From contig OY969100.1 of NCBI GenBank assembly GCA_963697895.1, forward strand, positions 1,024,001-1,088,000: 64,000 nt of DNA. Direction: 5' to 3'. The position numbers were made by a program, and so were the translations under genes. The notes below the pieces were generated by a model. That model was not told where the DNA came from, did no database searches, and saw nothing but the letters and a program-made list of their open reading frames with translations. This stretch comes from an uncultured Methanomicrobiales archaeon (GTDB taxonomy: Archaea > Halobacteriota > Methanomicrobia > Methanomicrobiales > Methanospirillaceae). Positions 61,466 to 64,000 of this stretch are shown piece after piece; the first letter of the stretch is position 1; every line of letters starts with the position of its first letter.

Positions 61466-61641
61466 CTTGTCTTCGTTATTCCCTGTTCGTGTTCACTCGG
61501 TTCTTATCGGTAAAAGAAAAATAATACGTCCTGTTTCGGTTAATCCTGCTGAAATATTCCAGATCAGGATAATTCTATACTCATTTGTAATGAAATGAGT
61601 ATAGAATTCACATCACCCGACCTCCGGCCTCATGGGGGATC

Positions 61642-61950
61642 TCACTTCTTCAGTTCTATCGCGATATTATGTCCCACGCTCGTCCCGATATTCTCGGCTT
61701 CGTGCGATCCCTTCTCCATCCATAACGTCTGTCCGGCTTTGGCATCGATCTCCATCTTCTTCCCGTCGGAGGAGGTCAGCCTGGTTTTGGCGCCATTGAT
61801 GACATATATGACATGATCGTTCGGGTGATTGTGCATCGGTGCTTTCTCGCCGGGTTTCAGGCGGATGTCCAGCACCCGCACCCGGTCATTTTCCATGAGC
61901 AGTTTATAGGCATTCGGTGCTGCTTTCAACGCATCGGGAATCTGTGCCAT
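61642..61950 (-). CDS. Cupin domain protein
   Basis: ENDRVRVL...KPGEK..MH.HP..H..ENIG...IELK. Confidence 0.88.
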   Translation of the reverse strand: MAQIPDALKAAPNAYKLLMENDRVRVLDIRLKPGEKAPMHNHPNDHVIYVINGAKTRLTSSDGKKMEIDAKAGQTLWMEKGSHEAENIGTSVGHNIAIELKK

Positions 61951-62557
61951 AGTTTACCTCGTATAGGTCAGTTGATAACCCTCAACGGGTTTAATCATTG
62001 TGGTGGTTTCAGGGAACACGGCAAATACAGTCTTTTTTTATTTTGCAGAGAATTTTTCGTATGCAGGAAGATATCATCAGAACCGCATGGGGAGTGGGGA
62101 ATACGCCCGGCCAAGCGCGATACATCACCGGATTGTTCCGGTTTCAGAAACAAAATTTTCCTCTGTCAGAAACAATCAGGTGATTTCTTTCTCACTTTCG
62201 TACAAACCAGGAGAGCGGGGGGCAGCAACGGACCATGGCTCACATAATGATACAATGAATCTAAAACGAGCATCAGGACAAAGGTTACGACGATAATCAC
62301 GATTACAGAGACGATCAGGGTGCTATCGATCTTCCCCGTATCCTTTTCGGCCCCGATTTTCCTATCCCGTTCTCTCTTATTATCTGTTATTATTTAAACG
62401 GATGGACATGCCGGAACTGTCTGGTGCATTGGTTACCGGAAAATGTATTCCCTGCAGGGGAGATCTGTTCCCGCCGGGAACGGTAAGGATGCGGCTCAGG
62501 GAGCCTGACAGAGTAATTCATCCCGGCTCCTTTATCCAATAAAAGAAAAGATTTTCG

Positions 62558-63697
62558 TTATCGGGATGAGCGGTCTTTCCAGAAGAGGACGAAGACCGCG
62601 ATCCCGATCCCGATCGCAAGGAGGGGGAGATAGGCCGGGAGCGGTCCCTTCTGGGTCGGAGAGGTGGTCGAACCGGATGTCCCGGAGAAGACCGGGGGAA
62701 CCGTGGCCGACACCTCGATCGATTTCGCATTCTCGCCCTTGATCGTGACCTGCCCGCTGGCCGAATAGAGGTACGGGTATACCTTCAGGTACACGGTCTC
62801 CGGGGTGCCCGGGAGGGTGATCTCTTCCGTGGTAGCGGAACCGGCCCTGTTCACCTTCTGGATATTTCCCGCTGCATCCGGGTATTCGATCACCCAGTCG
62901 ATCCCCGTCGAGGCGGTGATCCGGACCGGTTCTCCCTTCGTGGTCACCGTGAAATATGCCGGGTTGTCCTGGGAAGCCCCGGCCGTCGCCGATACGATCG
63001 GAACTGCAGGGGTGGGCACCGTGGTCGGCACCGGGGTGGTGGCCTGCGGGAGCTCTTCGACCGTGAACGTGACCGTCCCGATGAAGCCCTTCTCGTCCGT
63101 GAACTCGACATCATAGGAGCCGCTCTCCGTGATGGGGACCTCCCGGGAGAACGCCCCTGCCTGGGTCGTGGCTATATATTCCGGCCCGAAGATCGTTGTT
63201 CCCGCCGCATCCTTCACCTCTACCTGGACGCCGGTGTTCTGCGTGTTGGCAAGAGATCCCTCGACCCTCAGCATCCCGTCGAATTCCTGTTTTTCCGGGG
63301 AGGTGATCCGGATCTCCCCGGAGCGATCCACGAGTTGGACCGAACGCAGCGTGGTGGAGTTCCCGAGAAACTGTATCCCCGCCACCGGGAGCACCTCGAG
63401 TTTATACACGCCACTGCCGAGCCCCTTCGTATCGAATGTCACCGAGAAGTCCGGGACGCTCTGGATGGTGACGGACTTCCGGGCGACTTCATGATAGGTA
63501 TTATCGGAATAGGAGAGGACGATCTCGACCGTGGTCCCCGTATGCAGGTTGGATGTGCCGTTGACCACAATGGGTCTGCCGACCTGCACGCTCCCGGGAG
63601 CGGTGATGGAAATTTCATACGCCGCTACCGTCCCGATCAGGAGCGACAGGATCACCATCAGGAGGAGGGATTTTTTCACCACGGCAGGGTTGACCAT
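62558..63697 (-). CDS. Secreted Ig-like surface protein with a C-terminal membrane anchor
   Basis: Signal peptide, beta-rich domains, Thr/Pro linkers and a TQKGPLP + TM + basic tail sorting signal. Confidence 0.8.
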   Translation of the reverse strand: MVNPAVVKKSLLLMVILSLLIGTVAAYEISITAPGSVQVGRPIVVNGTSNLHTGTTVEIVLSYSDNTYHEVARKSVTIQSVPDFSVTFDTKGLGSGVYKLEVLPVAGIQFLGNSTTLRSVQLVDRSGEIRITSPEKQEFDGMLRVEGSLANTQNTGVQVEVKDAAGTTIFGPEYIATTQAGAFSREVPITESGSYDVEFTDEKGFIGTVTFTVEELPQATTPVPTTVPTPAVPIVSATAGASQDNPAYFTVTTKGEPVRITASTGIDWVIEYPDAAGNIQKVNRAGSATTEEITLPGTPETVYLKVYPYLYSASGQVTIKGENAKSIEVSATVPPVFSGTSGSTTSPTQKGPLPAYLPLLAIGIGIAVFVLFWKDRSSR

Positions 63698-64000
63698 AAG
63701 GATCTATCCGGGATATGGGTTGCCCATGTTGAGGTAAATGCTTTCTGATAGGTCGAACGATCCGACCATCAGGGATCTTCTCTTCTTCGTGAATACGGGG
63801 AGCGAGTATGATCCGGGTCACCCGCGATCTGATCGGACTTCCCCTTCCGGGACGGGAATACTGCTGAAGATGCAATAATTCACCGGGGAGTGGGTTCGTG
63901 ATTCACGGGTCCCCGCCAGAACCGGATCTTTTGGCGTTCCCGGGTACCACAAATACCGGAGAACGCTTACGGACTTTTTACGTGGATCCTGAATACCATG

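Overview
Archaeal methanogen DNA, most likely Methanomicrobiales (Methanoregula/Methanolinea-like). This rests on a methanogenesis marker 8 gene, an FmdE-family gene, aIF-1A, TrmB, a DUF3821-type surface protein and GGTGA/GGAGG Shine-Dalgarno motifs. Most of the window is a GC-rich accessory patchwork of transporters, stress and metal genes, small hypothetical genes and several single-base frameshifted genes. Four things stand out. (1) A compact uncharacterised module at 11.1-12.8 kb: a 167-aa gene, a structured spacer, a 10-unit 42-45 bp non-coding repeat array and two coupled membrane-associated ORFs. It sits between a RelE-type toxin-antitoxin pair and a tRNA-Asp 3' remnant. (2) Three places where a degenerate copy of a gene's 3' end reappears about 0.6-1.4 kb downstream with cargo genes in between. 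(3) A plasmid/virus-like replication module at 45.8-51.4 kb: an AEP primase-P-loop helicase with internal iteron-like repeats and an Hjc-like nuclease with 48-bp repeats. (4) An AT-rich defence island at 51.6-59.3 kb (CCGG-family restriction endonuclease, Vsr, C5 methyltransferase, an orphan PD-(D/E)XK protein, an NDT/TIR-like protein), followed by a HEPN-MNT pair. No rRNA, intact tRNA or CRISPR-Cas locus was seen. All family calls come from recognising motifs by eye; no searches were run.
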